A DNA stretch of 64,000 nt from Lysobacterales bacterium. GTDB lineage: Bacteria > Pseudomonadota > Gammaproteobacteria > Xanthomonadales > Xanthomonadaceae. Below the pieces are notes generated by a model. It saw nothing but the letters and a program-made list of their open reading frames with translations. It had not been told where the DNA came from and ran no database searches. The translations under genes and the position numbers were made by a program. The stretch is from contig JBBRQI010000003.1 of assembly GCA_038226665.1 (NCBI GenBank), positions 38,678 to 102,677 on the forward strand, read 5' to 3'. This document shows positions 1 through 12,779 of the stretch, one piece after another. Position 1 is the first letter of the stretch, and each line of letters begins with the position of its first letter.

Positions 1-1450
1 GCACTCCGGGCATCATCGCGACCACGTCTTCGATCTCGTTTGGGTACACGTTGAAACCGGAGACGAGGATCATGTCCTTCTTGCGATCGACGAGATAGAA
101 ATAGCCTTTCTCGTCCATGCGCGCCATGTCGCCGGTGCGCAGCCAGCCCTCGATGTCGATGGCATTGTCTGTTTCTTCCGGGCGCTGCCAGTAGCCCAGC
201 ATCACCTGCGGACCCTTGATGCAGAGTTCACCGACTTCGCCCATCGGCACGATCCCTCCTTCCTCGTTTTTCAGGCAGGCGTCCGTGGAAGGCACCGGCA
301 TGCCGATCGAACCGTTGTATTCCTTCATGTCCAATGGGTTGATGCAGGCTGCGGGCGAGGTCTCGGTGAGGCCGTAAGCCTCGACCAGAGTGCAGCCGGT
401 GACCTTCTTCCAGCGTTCGGCCACGGCGCGCTGTACGGCCATTCCGCCGCCGAGGGTCATATGCAGTTTCGAGAAGTCGAGCTGGTCGAAACCGGGTGTG
501 TTAAGCAGGCCGTTGAACAGGGTGTTGACGCCGGTGATGCAGGTGAAGCCGCTGGTCTTGAGTTCGCGTACGAAGGCCGGCATGTCGCGGGGGTTGGTGA
601 TCAGGTGGTTGAGGCCACCGATCTTCATGAAGATCAGGCAGTTCGAGGTGAGCGAGAAGATGTGGTACAGAGGCAACGCGGTGATGATGACTTCCTGGCC
701 CTGCTTGAGTTGGCCGCCGATCCAAGAACTGGCCTGCTGCATGTTCGCGATGATGTTGCGATGGGTCAGCATGGCGCCCTTGGACACGCCGGTGGTGCCG
801 CCGGTGTATTGCAGGAAGGCGACATCGTCAGGCTCGAGGTTGATCAGCGGCAGGTTGTGGCGGCGGCCGCGCCGCAGTGCCTCCTCGAAGCGGATCGCGC
901 CCGGGATCGAGAAGGCCGGAACCTGCTTCTTGACGTACTTGAGCACGAAATTGATGATCAAGCCCTTCGGGAACTTGAGCAAGTCGCCGATGCCGGTGGT
1001 GATGACCTGCTTGATGTCGGTGTCGGCCAGCACGTCCTGCACGATGCTCGCGAAGTTGTCCACCACCAGGATCGCGGCCGCGCCCGAGTCCTTCAACTGG
1101 TGTCGAAGTTCGCGCGCCGTGTAGAGCGGGTTGGTGTTCACCACGATCATTCCCGCGCGCAGCACGCCCATGATCGCAACCGGGTACTGCAGCAGGTTCG
1201 GCATCATGATGGCGACGCGATCGCCCTTCTTGAGCTTCAGGTCGCGCAGCAGGTAGGCCGCGAACTGGCTGCTCATCCGGTCGAGGTCGCCGTAGGTCAG
1301 CGTCGTGCCGAAATTGCGGTAGGCCGGGCGATTCCGGAACCGCTGGCAGGAAGACTCGAGCACCGCAACGATGGATTTGAATTCGTCGAGGTTCACCTCG
1401 TGGGCAACACCGGCCGGATAGTTGTCCAGCCACGGACGCGATTGACTCAT
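1..1450 (-). CDS. fadD: long-chain-fatty-acid--CoA ligase (AMP-binding acyl-CoA synthetase); C-terminal end runs off the window
   Basis: My reverse-strand translation from the ATG at 1450-1448 gives MSQSRPWLDNYPAGVAHEV..., then LQYTGGTTGVSKGAMLTHRN (AMP-binding motif), then GWLRTGDMARMDEKGYFYLVDRKKDMILVSGFNVYPNEIE. The frame stays open to base 1, so it is absent from the supplied ORF list. Confidence 0.85.
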   Translation of the reverse strand, partial: MSQSRPWLDNYPAGVAHEVNLDEFKSIVAVLESSCQRFRNRPAYRNFGTTLTYGDLDRMSSQFAAYLLRDLKLKKGDRVAIMMPNLLQYPVAIMGVLRAGMIVVNTNPLYTARELRHQLKDSGAAAILVVDNFASIVQDVLADTDIKQVITTGIGDLLKFPKGLIINFVLKYVKKQVPAFSIPGAIRFEEALRRGRRHNLPLINLEPDDVAFLQYTGGTTGVSKGAMLTHRNIIANMQQASSWIGGQLKQGQEVIITALPLYHIFSLTSNCLIFMKIGGLNHLITNPRDMPAFVRELKTSGFTCITGVNTLFNGLLNTPGFDQLDFSKLHMTLGGGMAVQRAVAERWKKVTGCTLVEAYGLTETSPAACINPLDMKEYNGSIGMPVPSTDACLKNEEGGIVPMGEVGELCIKGPQVMLGYWQRPEETDNAIDIEGWLRTGDMARMDEKGYFYLVDRKKDMILVSGFNVYPNEIEDVVAMMPGV

Positions 1451-1635
1451 GGCCCTGTCTCCCCAAGGTTTCGCGCGTGGCAGCGCCGTTTCACCCGATT
1501 GGAACACAGGCCCACAGGGCTGGCAACACGGCGGCGTATGTTTCGTGGCGTGCGTCGCGAATGGCGGCGCGCGCTGCGGAGCAACCGTCTACAGTGACGG
1601 ATAGTGACGGCATCCCAAGCCGTGGAGGGGCCGTC

Positions 1636-2103
1636 ATGGAACATGCATACCGGGGAAAGACTGGATTGCTCGCGTGCGTGCTGCTCGCCACCGCAAGCTG
1701 CCATCGTACGCCAGCCGAGCAGGCGATCCGCGAACAGATCGCGGCCATGCAGAAGGCCAGTGAGCAGCACGATATCAGCGTCGTGGTCGCGCCGCTCGCC
1801 GACGATTTCATCGGGCAGGGCGACGAGGAAAGCGAAACCCTCGATCGCAAGACGTTCCATCGCTACCTTGTCTTCGTGCAGATGCGCCAAGGCGGAACCA
1901 TCCACGCGACGCTCGGCCCGATCACTTTCGCATTGCAAGGCACTGATCGCGCGACCGCGAACTTCACCGCGTTGATCACTGGCGGTGGAAGTCTCCTGCC
2001 AGCCGATGGCCAGATCGAACAAGTCCGCACCGGCTGGCGATTGGACGGGAGCAAGTGGCGGATGATTTCGGCGGAATGGAAGCAAGGAGTGGCAGGCAAG
2101 TGA
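1636..2103 (+). CDS. hypothetical lipoprotein (NTF2/SnoaL-like fold suspected)
   Basis: Internal ATG of ORF 1477..2103. MEHAYRGKTGLLACVLLATASC resembles a lipoprotein signal peptide with a lipobox Cys. Start chosen by me. No recognised catalytic motif. Confidence 0.55.
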   Translation: MEHAYRGKTGLLACVLLATASCHRTPAEQAIREQIAAMQKASEQHDISVVVAPLADDFIGQGDEESETLDRKTFHRYLVFVQMRQGGTIHATLGPITFALQGTDRATANFTALITGGGSLLPADGQIEQVRTGWRLDGSKWRMISAEWKQGVAGK

Positions 2104-2253
2104 TCTATAACCACGCTGATTCCGATATCAAATATCTCTTATTTGCCTTGTGTCTGTGCAAAGTTGAATAGGCGCACGTCGTTTGGGCAATTCGAAGCAT
2201 GCTTGGTCGTGGTTTAGCAGCAAGTCGCTGCGCTCACTCATCTAACGTTTGTT

Positions 2254-5010
2254 TCACGCAACCTTCGACTTCGCCGCCAGATCGCGCAGCACATACTGCA
2301 AGATGCCGCCGTGCCGGAAGTACTCGACTTCCTTCGGCGTCAGCAGCAGCACGTCGACGAAGAAGCGCGTCTCGACGCCTTCGGAGTTCGTCGCGCGAAC
2401 TTCAGCGCTGCGCGACGCGCCATCCTGCAGGCCAATGATGTCGAGCGTTTCCGAGCCATCGAGTCCGAGGATCTGCGCGTTCTGGCCATCGACGAACTGC
2501 AGCGGCAGCACGCCCATGCCGACCAGGTTCGAGCGATGGATGCGCTCGTAGCTTTCTGCGATCACGGCTTTCACGCCGAGCAGCATCGTGCCCTTCGCCG
2601 CCCAGTCACGCGACGAACCAGTGCCGTATTCCTTGCCGGCCATCACCACCAGCGGGACCCCGTCGGCCTTGTAGCGCATCGCAGCGTCGAAGATCGACAG
2701 CGCTTCCTCGCCATCGTTGCCGAAGTACAGGGTGTTGCCGCCTTCCTCGCCGCCGAGCATGAGGTTCTTGATGCGGATGTTCGCAAACGTGCCGCGCACC
2801 ATCACGTCGTCATTGCCGCGCCGCGAACCGTAACTATTGAAGTCGGTCGGCTGCACGCCGCGCGCCTGGAGGTAACGGCCTGCGGGCGAGTCGCGCTTGA
2901 TGTTGCCCGCGGGCGAGATGTGGTCGGTCGTGATCGAGTCGCCGAACAGGCCGAGCACGCGCGCGCTGCGCACGTCGGCGATGTCACCTATCTCCATCGT
3001 CATCCCTTCGAAATACGGCGGATGCTTGATGTAGGTCGAGTCGGTGTCCCATTGGTACAGGTCGCCGTCGGGGGACGTGATTGCGTTCCAGCGGCTGTCG
3101 CCGGCGAACACGTTCGCATAATTTTGCTTGAACAATTCCGGCCCGATCGACGCAGCGATCACGTCGCCGATTTCCTTGTTTGTAGGCCAGATGTCTTTCA
3201 GGAAGACCTTGTTGCCGGCGTGGTCGGTGCCGAGGCAATCCTTGGTCAGATCGATGTCCACCGTGCCCGCGAGCGCGTACGCGACGACAAGCGGCGGCGA
3301 CGCGAGGTAGTTCATCTTCACTTCGGGATGCACGCGGCCTTCGAAATTGCGGTTGCCCGACAATACGGCCGCGACCGCTAGATCGTTGTCGGCGATGCCC
3401 TTCGACACCGCGTCCGGCAGCGGGCCGGAGTTGCCGATGCAGGTCGTGCAGCCGTAGCCGACCAGGTAGAAGCCGAGTTTTTCGAGCTCAACCAGGAGGC
3501 CGGCCTTGTTCAAATAATCGGTGACGACCAGCGAGCCCGGCGCGAGCGAGGTCTTCACCCACGGCTTCGATTTCAGTCCCTTCGCCGTGGCATTGCGTGC
3601 GAGCAGGCCAGCCGCGACGAGCACCGCAGGGTTCGATGTATTGGTGCACGACGTGATCGCCGCGATCACCACCGAACCGTCGCCGAGTTCGCAGTCCTGG
3701 TCGCTGATGCGGATCTTGGAGTGCGGCTTCGCGGCAAGATGCTCGGCCTGCGGCTGGTCACCGCCCTCGGCATCGAAGCGCGCAATGGTTTCATGCTTTG
3801 GCTTGCGATTGGCGACGAAGCCTTTCACATTCGCCTCGAAATTCGCCTGCATGTCGCTGAGCAGCACGCGATCCTGCGGGCGCTTCGGGCCGGCCAACGA
3901 CGGCTTCACGTCGGCGAGGTTCAACTTCAGCGTCTCGGTGTACTTCGCTTCGGGGCCGCCGACTTCGTGCCACATGCCCTGCGCGCGCGCGTAGGCTTCG
4001 ACCAAGGCGATGAGGTGCTCATCGCGCCCGGATAAACGCAGGTAGGTCAGCGTTTCCTTGTCGACCGGAAAGATGCCGCAGGTCGCGCCGTATTCGGGCG
4101 CCATGTTCGCGATCGTCGCGCGATCGGCGAGCGGCAGGTGATCGAGGCCTTCGCCGTAGAACTCGACGAACTTGCCGACCACGCCGAGCTTGCGCAGCAT
4201 CTGCGTCACGGTCAGCACGAGGTCGGTCGCGGTCGCGCCTTCGGGCATCTTGCCGGTGAGCTTGAAGCCGACGACCTGCGGGATCAGCATCGATGACGGC
4301 TGGCCGAGCATCGCAGCCTCGGCCTCGATGCCACCGACGCCCCAGCCGAGCACGCCGAGGCCGTTGATCATCGTGGTGTGCGAATCGGTACCGAACACGG
4401 TGTCCGGAAACGCGAAGTTCACACCGTCGATCTCGCGCGTCATCACCACGCGTGCGAGGTTTTCAAGATTCACCTGGTGGACGATGCCGGTATTCGGCGG
4501 AACCACCTTGAAGTTCGACAGCGCCTTCTGGCCCCAGCGCAGGAAGCTGTAGCGCTCGGTGTTGCGCTGGAATTCGATCTTGCCGTTGATGTCGAGCGAC
4601 GCGAGGCTGCCGAACGCATCGACCTGCACTGAATGGTCGATCACGAGTTCAGCAGGCGAGAGCGGATTGATCCGCTTCGGATCGCCACCGAGCGCGATCA
4701 TCGCATCGCGCATTGCGGCGAGATCGACGACGCAGGGCACGCCGGTGAAGTCCTGCAGCACCACGCGTGCCGGCATGAACGCGATTTCCGTCTCCGGCTC
4801 GTCGCCCGCATCCCACCTTGCGACGGCTTCGATCGATGCCGCAGTCACGCTGACGCCGTCTTCGTGGCGCAACAGGTTTTCCAGCAGGATCTTCATCGAG
4901 AACGGCAACTTCTTGAGGTCGTACTTTTCGCCGAGTTTGCGCAGGCTGTAGTAGTGATAGGACTGCCCGTTGACGTCGAGCTGCGCGCGGGTGGCGAAGG
5001 AGTCGCTCAT
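2254..5010 (-). CDS. acnA: aconitate hydratase A
   Basis: 918-aa ORF. N-terminus ...YYSLRKLGEKYDLKKLPFSMKILLENLLRHEDG and the internal ...ITSCTNTSNP... and ...GCTTCIGNSG... Fe-S ligand contexts are typical of AcnA/IRP-type aconitases. Confidence 0.95.
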   Translation of the reverse strand: MSDSFATRAQLDVNGQSYHYYSLRKLGEKYDLKKLPFSMKILLENLLRHEDGVSVTAASIEAVARWDAGDEPETEIAFMPARVVLQDFTGVPCVVDLAAMRDAMIALGGDPKRINPLSPAELVIDHSVQVDAFGSLASLDINGKIEFQRNTERYSFLRWGQKALSNFKVVPPNTGIVHQVNLENLARVVMTREIDGVNFAFPDTVFGTDSHTTMINGLGVLGWGVGGIEAEAAMLGQPSSMLIPQVVGFKLTGKMPEGATATDLVLTVTQMLRKLGVVGKFVEFYGEGLDHLPLADRATIANMAPEYGATCGIFPVDKETLTYLRLSGRDEHLIALVEAYARAQGMWHEVGGPEAKYTETLKLNLADVKPSLAGPKRPQDRVLLSDMQANFEANVKGFVANRKPKHETIARFDAEGGDQPQAEHLAAKPHSKIRISDQDCELGDGSVVIAAITSCTNTSNPAVLVAAGLLARNATAKGLKSKPWVKTSLAPGSLVVTDYLNKAGLLVELEKLGFYLVGYGCTTCIGNSGPLPDAVSKGIADNDLAVAAVLSGNRNFEGRVHPEVKMNYLASPPLVVAYALAGTVDIDLTKDCLGTDHAGNKVFLKDIWPTNKEIGDVIAASIGPELFKQNYANVFAGDSRWNAITSPDGDLYQWDTDSTYIKHPPYFEGMTMEIGDIADVRSARVLGLFGDSITTDHISPAGNIKRDSPAGRYLQARGVQPTDFNSYGSRRGNDDVMVRGTFANIRIKNLMLGGEEGGNTLYFGNDGEEALSIFDAAMRYKADGVPLVVMAGKEYGTGSSRDWAAKGTMLLGVKAVIAESYERIHRSNLVGMGVLPLQFVDGQNAQILGLDGSETLDIIGLQDGASRSAEVRATNSEGVETRFFVDVLLLTPKEVEYFRHGGILQYVLRDLAAKSKVA

Positions 5011-5553
5011 TGATGCTCCAGGGGGTGAAGAGGGGACGGGCGGAATGCCGTCCCGAGCGGGTCAATTATGCCGGATTGTCGGCCGCTTCGCAGGTGGTTT
5101 TGTGTGCAAAGTGGTGTGGATGATGGGCTGAGAGTATTGCCTGGTCTAGCTTACGTGGAATTTCAGATCAACAGCGTTCCGTCCGCAAGCGGCCGGGTTC
5201 ATCTTTCTTGCTTGTCCAAGAAAGACGGAACCAGAAAGAAGGACACCCCGGGCATTGCGCCTTTCGGACATCCTGTCCTCCAGGTCCGCGCGAGGTGTCG
5301 GGTCGTTTCGACGGCACATCCATGATGCCGGCGAAACGATGGCCGACATCGTGTCGGCCACCCTTCGGGCTATTCCGCCACCCCGCGCCGCAACGCAGGG
5401 GCCCCGAACGGCAGCGGGCTCCTGCCCGCCTTGCGAAGAGCGCGCGGCCATTGAATTGACTTGGTGATCGGGTTAAACACTTGGAATCCAGAAGCGCAAG
5501 ATGAGACTTGCCGGATACGAGGCAATGACTATTTGCAAATAGGCGTTGTAGAC

Positions 5554-5889
5554 ATGACTAGGCTACTTGCACTTGCTTTAATGATTTTCATGGTATTCGC
5601 TGGCGCACCAGCAGACGCGACCGTGCTTGCAAACATGTCTCTTGATTGGCATGCGAATACGGCCGATCTCATCGTTCTTGGAAGTGTACGAGTCTCAGGA
5701 GGAAAGGTCTCCGTCGACATCGAGCGAACTTTTTATGGGAACAAGACGAAAACTATCGAGGTTGTTGCAGACGATACCAACGTATGGGGTTCCGAGAGGT
5801 CGCACTGGACAAAGATGAATGGTATGCGCGGGTATTTTTTCCTTGTACGGAATCCCGGCTCAATGACACCGATCTACGGCGTAAAGTAA
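5554..5889 (+). CDS. hypothetical secreted protein in a low-GC islet
   Basis: Internal ATG of ORF 5461..5889. MTRLLALALMIFMVFAGAPADA looks like a signal peptide. Local GC is visibly far below the flanks. No family recognised. Confidence 0.45.
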   Translation: MTRLLALALMIFMVFAGAPADATVLANMSLDWHANTADLIVLGSVRVSGGKVSVDIERTFYGNKTKTIEVVADDTNVWGSERSHWTKMNGMRGYFFLVRNPGSMTPIYGVK

Positions 5890-5905
5890 AGGATTTGCAA
5901 GCCAA

Positions 5906-6250
5906 GTGTGGATCGTCAACGGACGTATCGCAAATCCGTTCTTTCCACGGTACAAGACTTCTAGGTACGAAGATCTACTGAGAAGGTTCTTGCAGGTTCG
6001 GTGCGAAAAGAATCGAGAAAAAAAGATCGGGGAACTTATCTCCCTGATATCAACCGACGACGTGTACGTCATCAATGCCGCCTCGAACGCGCTTGAAGGC
6101 ATCGTGAGAGGCGGAGAGCGGGAGTGGAAGATCAAGCCGCCTGACAACGCCAATTGGAGCTATGACGAGTATTACCAAAGGAATGCCTACAACGACCGGA
6201 CGGAGTGGCTGAAATGGTGGTCGTCACGGTCGAGGAAAATGAGCGAGTAA
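5906..6250 (+). CDS. hypothetical protein in a low-GC islet (possibly the C-terminal part of a gene split from 5554..5889)
   Basis: 114-aa ORF with a GTG start, 16 nt after the previous stop. Its frame is already open from 5885. Same low-GC composition. No family recognised. Confidence 0.4.
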   Translation: MWIVNGRIANPFFPRYKTSRYEDLLRRFLQVRCEKNREKKIGELISLISTDDVYVINAASNALEGIVRGGEREWKIKPPDNANWSYDEYYQRNAYNDRTEWLKWWSSRSRKMSE

Positions 6251-6586
6251 CGCGAAAGCGCATCTGCCTAGCTCTGCTCTTGGCTATTGGCTCGTCGCTT
6301 TGGACTCACGGCTCTTGCGCCGTAAAGCGAGCCGAGCACCGGAAGCAAGAGCGGGAGCAAGGCCCGCATGTCTGAGCACATGGATGTGCGAGTTCGGGCC
6401 GGCCCGTTCTTGCTGAGGAGCGCAGGGTACCGATGCGGCATCATCGCATCGGCGAGTGTCCGGCGCAGATGGTCTTGGTTACTTCTGCCGAAACAGAAGT
6501 GACTCACGCGCGCAGCGCGTGAAAGCTTTTGATCTGCTTACGGCGGAATCCGCCTATGGTTCGACAAGCTCACCACGAACAGATCG

Positions 6587-7192
6587 CTACCGATCCAACC
6601 ACCCACGCGCAGCGCCCAACAATTGCGGCCTCCGCAAATACAAATCCCACTGACTCCCGCCCAACTGCCTCCACAACACCGCCGACCGCAGCGCGCACAA
6701 CAGGATCGCGCGGATCTCCGCGACCACCGGCGGTTGCGCGAGGTACACCGGATTGCCTTGCACCATGATCCGCGGCCGCAGGCCGCTGATCGTGGCTGCG
6801 TAGAGTTCGCCAAGCCGCGACAGCACGGTCGGATGCGTCGGGCCCCAGTGTTCGCGCTGGCGGGCGATCTGTTCGAGTCCCTGTTTCACTTTCTCGGGCA
6901 TGCCGCGGCTGCCGTTGTAGCTGCGTTCGACGTGCAGCACGCTCGCAATCAGTTTCAGCAGCATCGCGTCGCGTGCGGTGCCGCCATCGAATTGATCGAC
7001 CATCGCGCGCAGGCCGGGGCGCAACGCGCTCGCGCTGCCGTAGACCGCTTCGACCGAATCGGCGTCGAAGTGGAACAGGCTGTCGATGCATGTCGTCAGC
7101 GGCTCGGTTTCGGCCTGACCGGTGTCGGCAAGCTGGCGCACGAGCTTGCAGGCCTGGGTGAGGCCGGCGAAGGCGAGGGTGCGATCTTTCAT
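6587..7192 (-). CDS. hflD: high frequency of lysogenization protein HflD
   Basis: 201-aa ORF starting MKDRTLAFAGLTQACKLVRQLA..., a typical HflD N-terminus. It lies immediately downstream of mnmA, as in E. coli. Confidence 0.8.
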   Translation of the reverse strand: MKDRTLAFAGLTQACKLVRQLADTGQAETEPLTTCIDSLFHFDADSVEAVYGSASALRPGLRAMVDQFDGGTARDAMLLKLIASVLHVERSYNGSRGMPEKVKQGLEQIARQREHWGPTHPTVLSRLGELYAATISGLRPRIMVQGNPVYLAQPPVVAEIRAILLCALRSAVLWRQLGGSQWDLYLRRPQLLGAARGWLDR

Positions 7193-7222
7193 GGGTGGAA
7201 TGGTTTCATGCGGACAAGAATC

Positions 7223-8924
<1,702 letters not shown>

Positions 8925-9092
8925 GCTGGTCCCGGTTTCAGGAAGGGCAGCTCGAGAAAGGGCGGCGCTGCAAGCCTTGTATTGCTGCGCCTCGCACCGC
9001 AGATCGTGTGGACGCGGACTCGCGATAGTGCATGTCAGGCACTCCCCACGTCCATGACTTCCAGCCACACACTGCGTGCCTATAATCCTTCC

Positions 9093-9473
9093 ATGCGATT
9101 GAACCCCCAGATTTCAAGCGGCCCCAGCCCGCGCGAGCACGCTGGCCCGACCAAGCGCAACCACCCCGAGCGCGAGCCGCAGCACGGGCTTGTCGTCGAA
9201 ACCGCGAAACCCCGGACCGCGCGGCCGCCGTTGTACCAGGTGCTGTTGATCAACGACGACTTCACGCCGATGGAATTCGTGGTAGACGTACTCCTGCAGT
9301 TCTTCGGCATGGACCGGGAGAAGGCGACGCAGATCATGCTGCACGTCCACACCCGAGGCCGCGGCGTTTGCGGGGTCTTCACGCGCGAAGTGGCCGAATC
9401 CAAGGTGACGCAGGTGAACGAATACGCAAGGCAGAACCAGCATCCACTGTTATGCACGATGGAAAAGGCGTGA
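9093..9473 (+). CDS. clpS: ATP-dependent Clp protease adaptor ClpS
   Basis: Last 126 codons of the artefactual ORF 7998..9473. [61 protein letters not shown] is canonical ClpS. Confidence 0.9.
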   Translation: MRLNPQISSGPSPREHAGPTKRNHPEREPQHGLVVETAKPRTARPPLYQVLLINDDFTPMEFVVDVLLQFFGMDREKATQIMLHVHTRGRGVCGVFTREVAESKVTQVNEYARQNQHPLLCTMEKA

Positions 9474-9597
9474 ACTGGTATCCAGATCGATTGCAACGAC
9501 GCGGTGAAAGCAGGGATCAACTGAACATGCATCAGGACACGATGGAAAAGTCGTAACGCGTCCCCATATCGCTGCTCAGAAGCCTCAGGAGCATCCA

Positions 9598-11886
<2,289 letters not shown>

Positions 11887-11937
11887 GGGAGCACCATCGC
11901 GCTCTGCGCGATGGCCGGTGAGATCGCGAGAACAAGA

Positions 11938-11965
11938 ACGGCGAGCTTCGGCTCGCCGTTTTTTT
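11938..11965 (+). terminator. rho-independent terminator downstream of clpA
   Basis: acggcgagc-ttcg-gctcgccgt stem-loop followed directly by a T-run (about 6-7 T). Confidence 0.7.
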
Positions 11966-12031
11966 AGCGAATTGCGTCTCCCAAACAATCAGTACGGACA
12001 TTTGCCTGGACCATACGGCGAAGCGATCAAT

Positions 12032-12643
12032 CTATTCTTTGCGTACATGGCCGATCCCGCCGGACACTTGAACTTGTACCCAACGCAGTGGGATGTCTGG
12101 ATGAGTTGTAATGAGTTGCCGGATTGCCCCGGTAAGCAATGCGCATTCATCACAATTTACTGCGATGTACTGGACGAACAGAAATCCACCCTTCGGCGCG
12201 CGAAAGTTGAATGGCTCGCGAAGCATCGAGGCCTGCGAACACTTGTCCAGCCAAGGGATCTGATAGAAGCGATTCTCCGCCACTTCCGACCAGTACGCCT
12301 CTTGATCGGCCTTTAGCAGAGCGGCGCTGCTCAGCACGCCGGATCTTGTGGATGCATGAACGTAGTCGCCGGTTTCGTCGAAAACGTAGAGCAAGGGAAT
12401 CGCAGTGCTGGTCGCTGGCTTGGCGATGGCAACCTGCTGCTCAATCTGCCCTGAACTTCCAGGACCGTATGTGGCTTGACCTGCAGTCATCGCTGGACCG
12501 GGAGTTCGGAAATCTCCGGGAACACCTGTGCATTCCGGCGCCAGTGTCCCTGCCGGCATCGTCAGTGCACAGGCGCTCAGCAGCGCCAATCCGAGAACCA
12601 AAGTGGCTCCGGCGATGATTTTCACGGGATTGCCGTTCACCAA
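12032..12643 (-). CDS. hypothetical lipoprotein with a CxxC (thioredoxin-like?) motif
   Basis: 203-aa ORF. The signal peptide ends ...LALLSAC (lipobox). It contains VNCDEC. GC is lower than in neighbouring genes. Family not recognised. Confidence 0.55.
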   Translation of the reverse strand: MVNGNPVKIIAGATLVLGLALLSACALTMPAGTLAPECTGVPGDFRTPGPAMTAGQATYGPGSSGQIEQQVAIAKPATSTAIPLLYVFDETGDYVHASTRSGVLSSAALLKADQEAYWSEVAENRFYQIPWLDKCSQASMLREPFNFRAPKGGFLFVQYIAVNCDECALLTGAIRQLITTHPDIPLRWVQVQVSGGIGHVRKE

Positions 12644-12779
12644 GACCCTTGCATTGTGGCGGTCACACTATCTTTCATCACCGCGGTGTATCGATCAACA
12701 CGTTTGTTCGATTTTCCCGTTGGAAACATTGCTCAGCCCCAAGCCGTTAAGCTATGCGCCTTTCCTCGAGGAGTAGGGC

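Noticed and set aside
461-1597. 378-aa plus-strand ORF, with 390..1124 and others, across the first 1.6 kb
   Set aside because: It is antisense to a clear fadD reading frame. The composition is Arg/Ala/Gly/His-rich, typical of off-frame translation of high-GC coding DNA, and there are no recognisable motifs.
5011-5460. Hairpins in the long acnA upstream region (GGGACGG-gcggaat-CCGTCCC at about 5031-5051; TGGCCGACA-tcg-TGTCGGCCA at about 5339-5359) and several 80-100-aa ORFs
   Set aside because: I could match no consensus for a known riboswitch, sRNA or operator. The ORFs lack an RBS and motifs. The hairpins may be ordinary leader or terminator structures, so there is not enough evidence for a feature call.
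6268-6507. 79-aa minus-strand ORF and three short inverted repeats (about 6431-6453, 6480-6499, 6504-6522) between the low-GC islet and hflD
   Set aside because: The ORF has no family or convincing start context. The hairpins lie downstream of hflD and are most simply its terminator region or remnants of the insertion boundary.
11918-12316. 132-aa plus-strand ORF after clpA
   Set aside because: It starts inside the clpA terminator region and overlaps the better-supported minus-strand lipoprotein gene, which has a signal peptide and lipobox.
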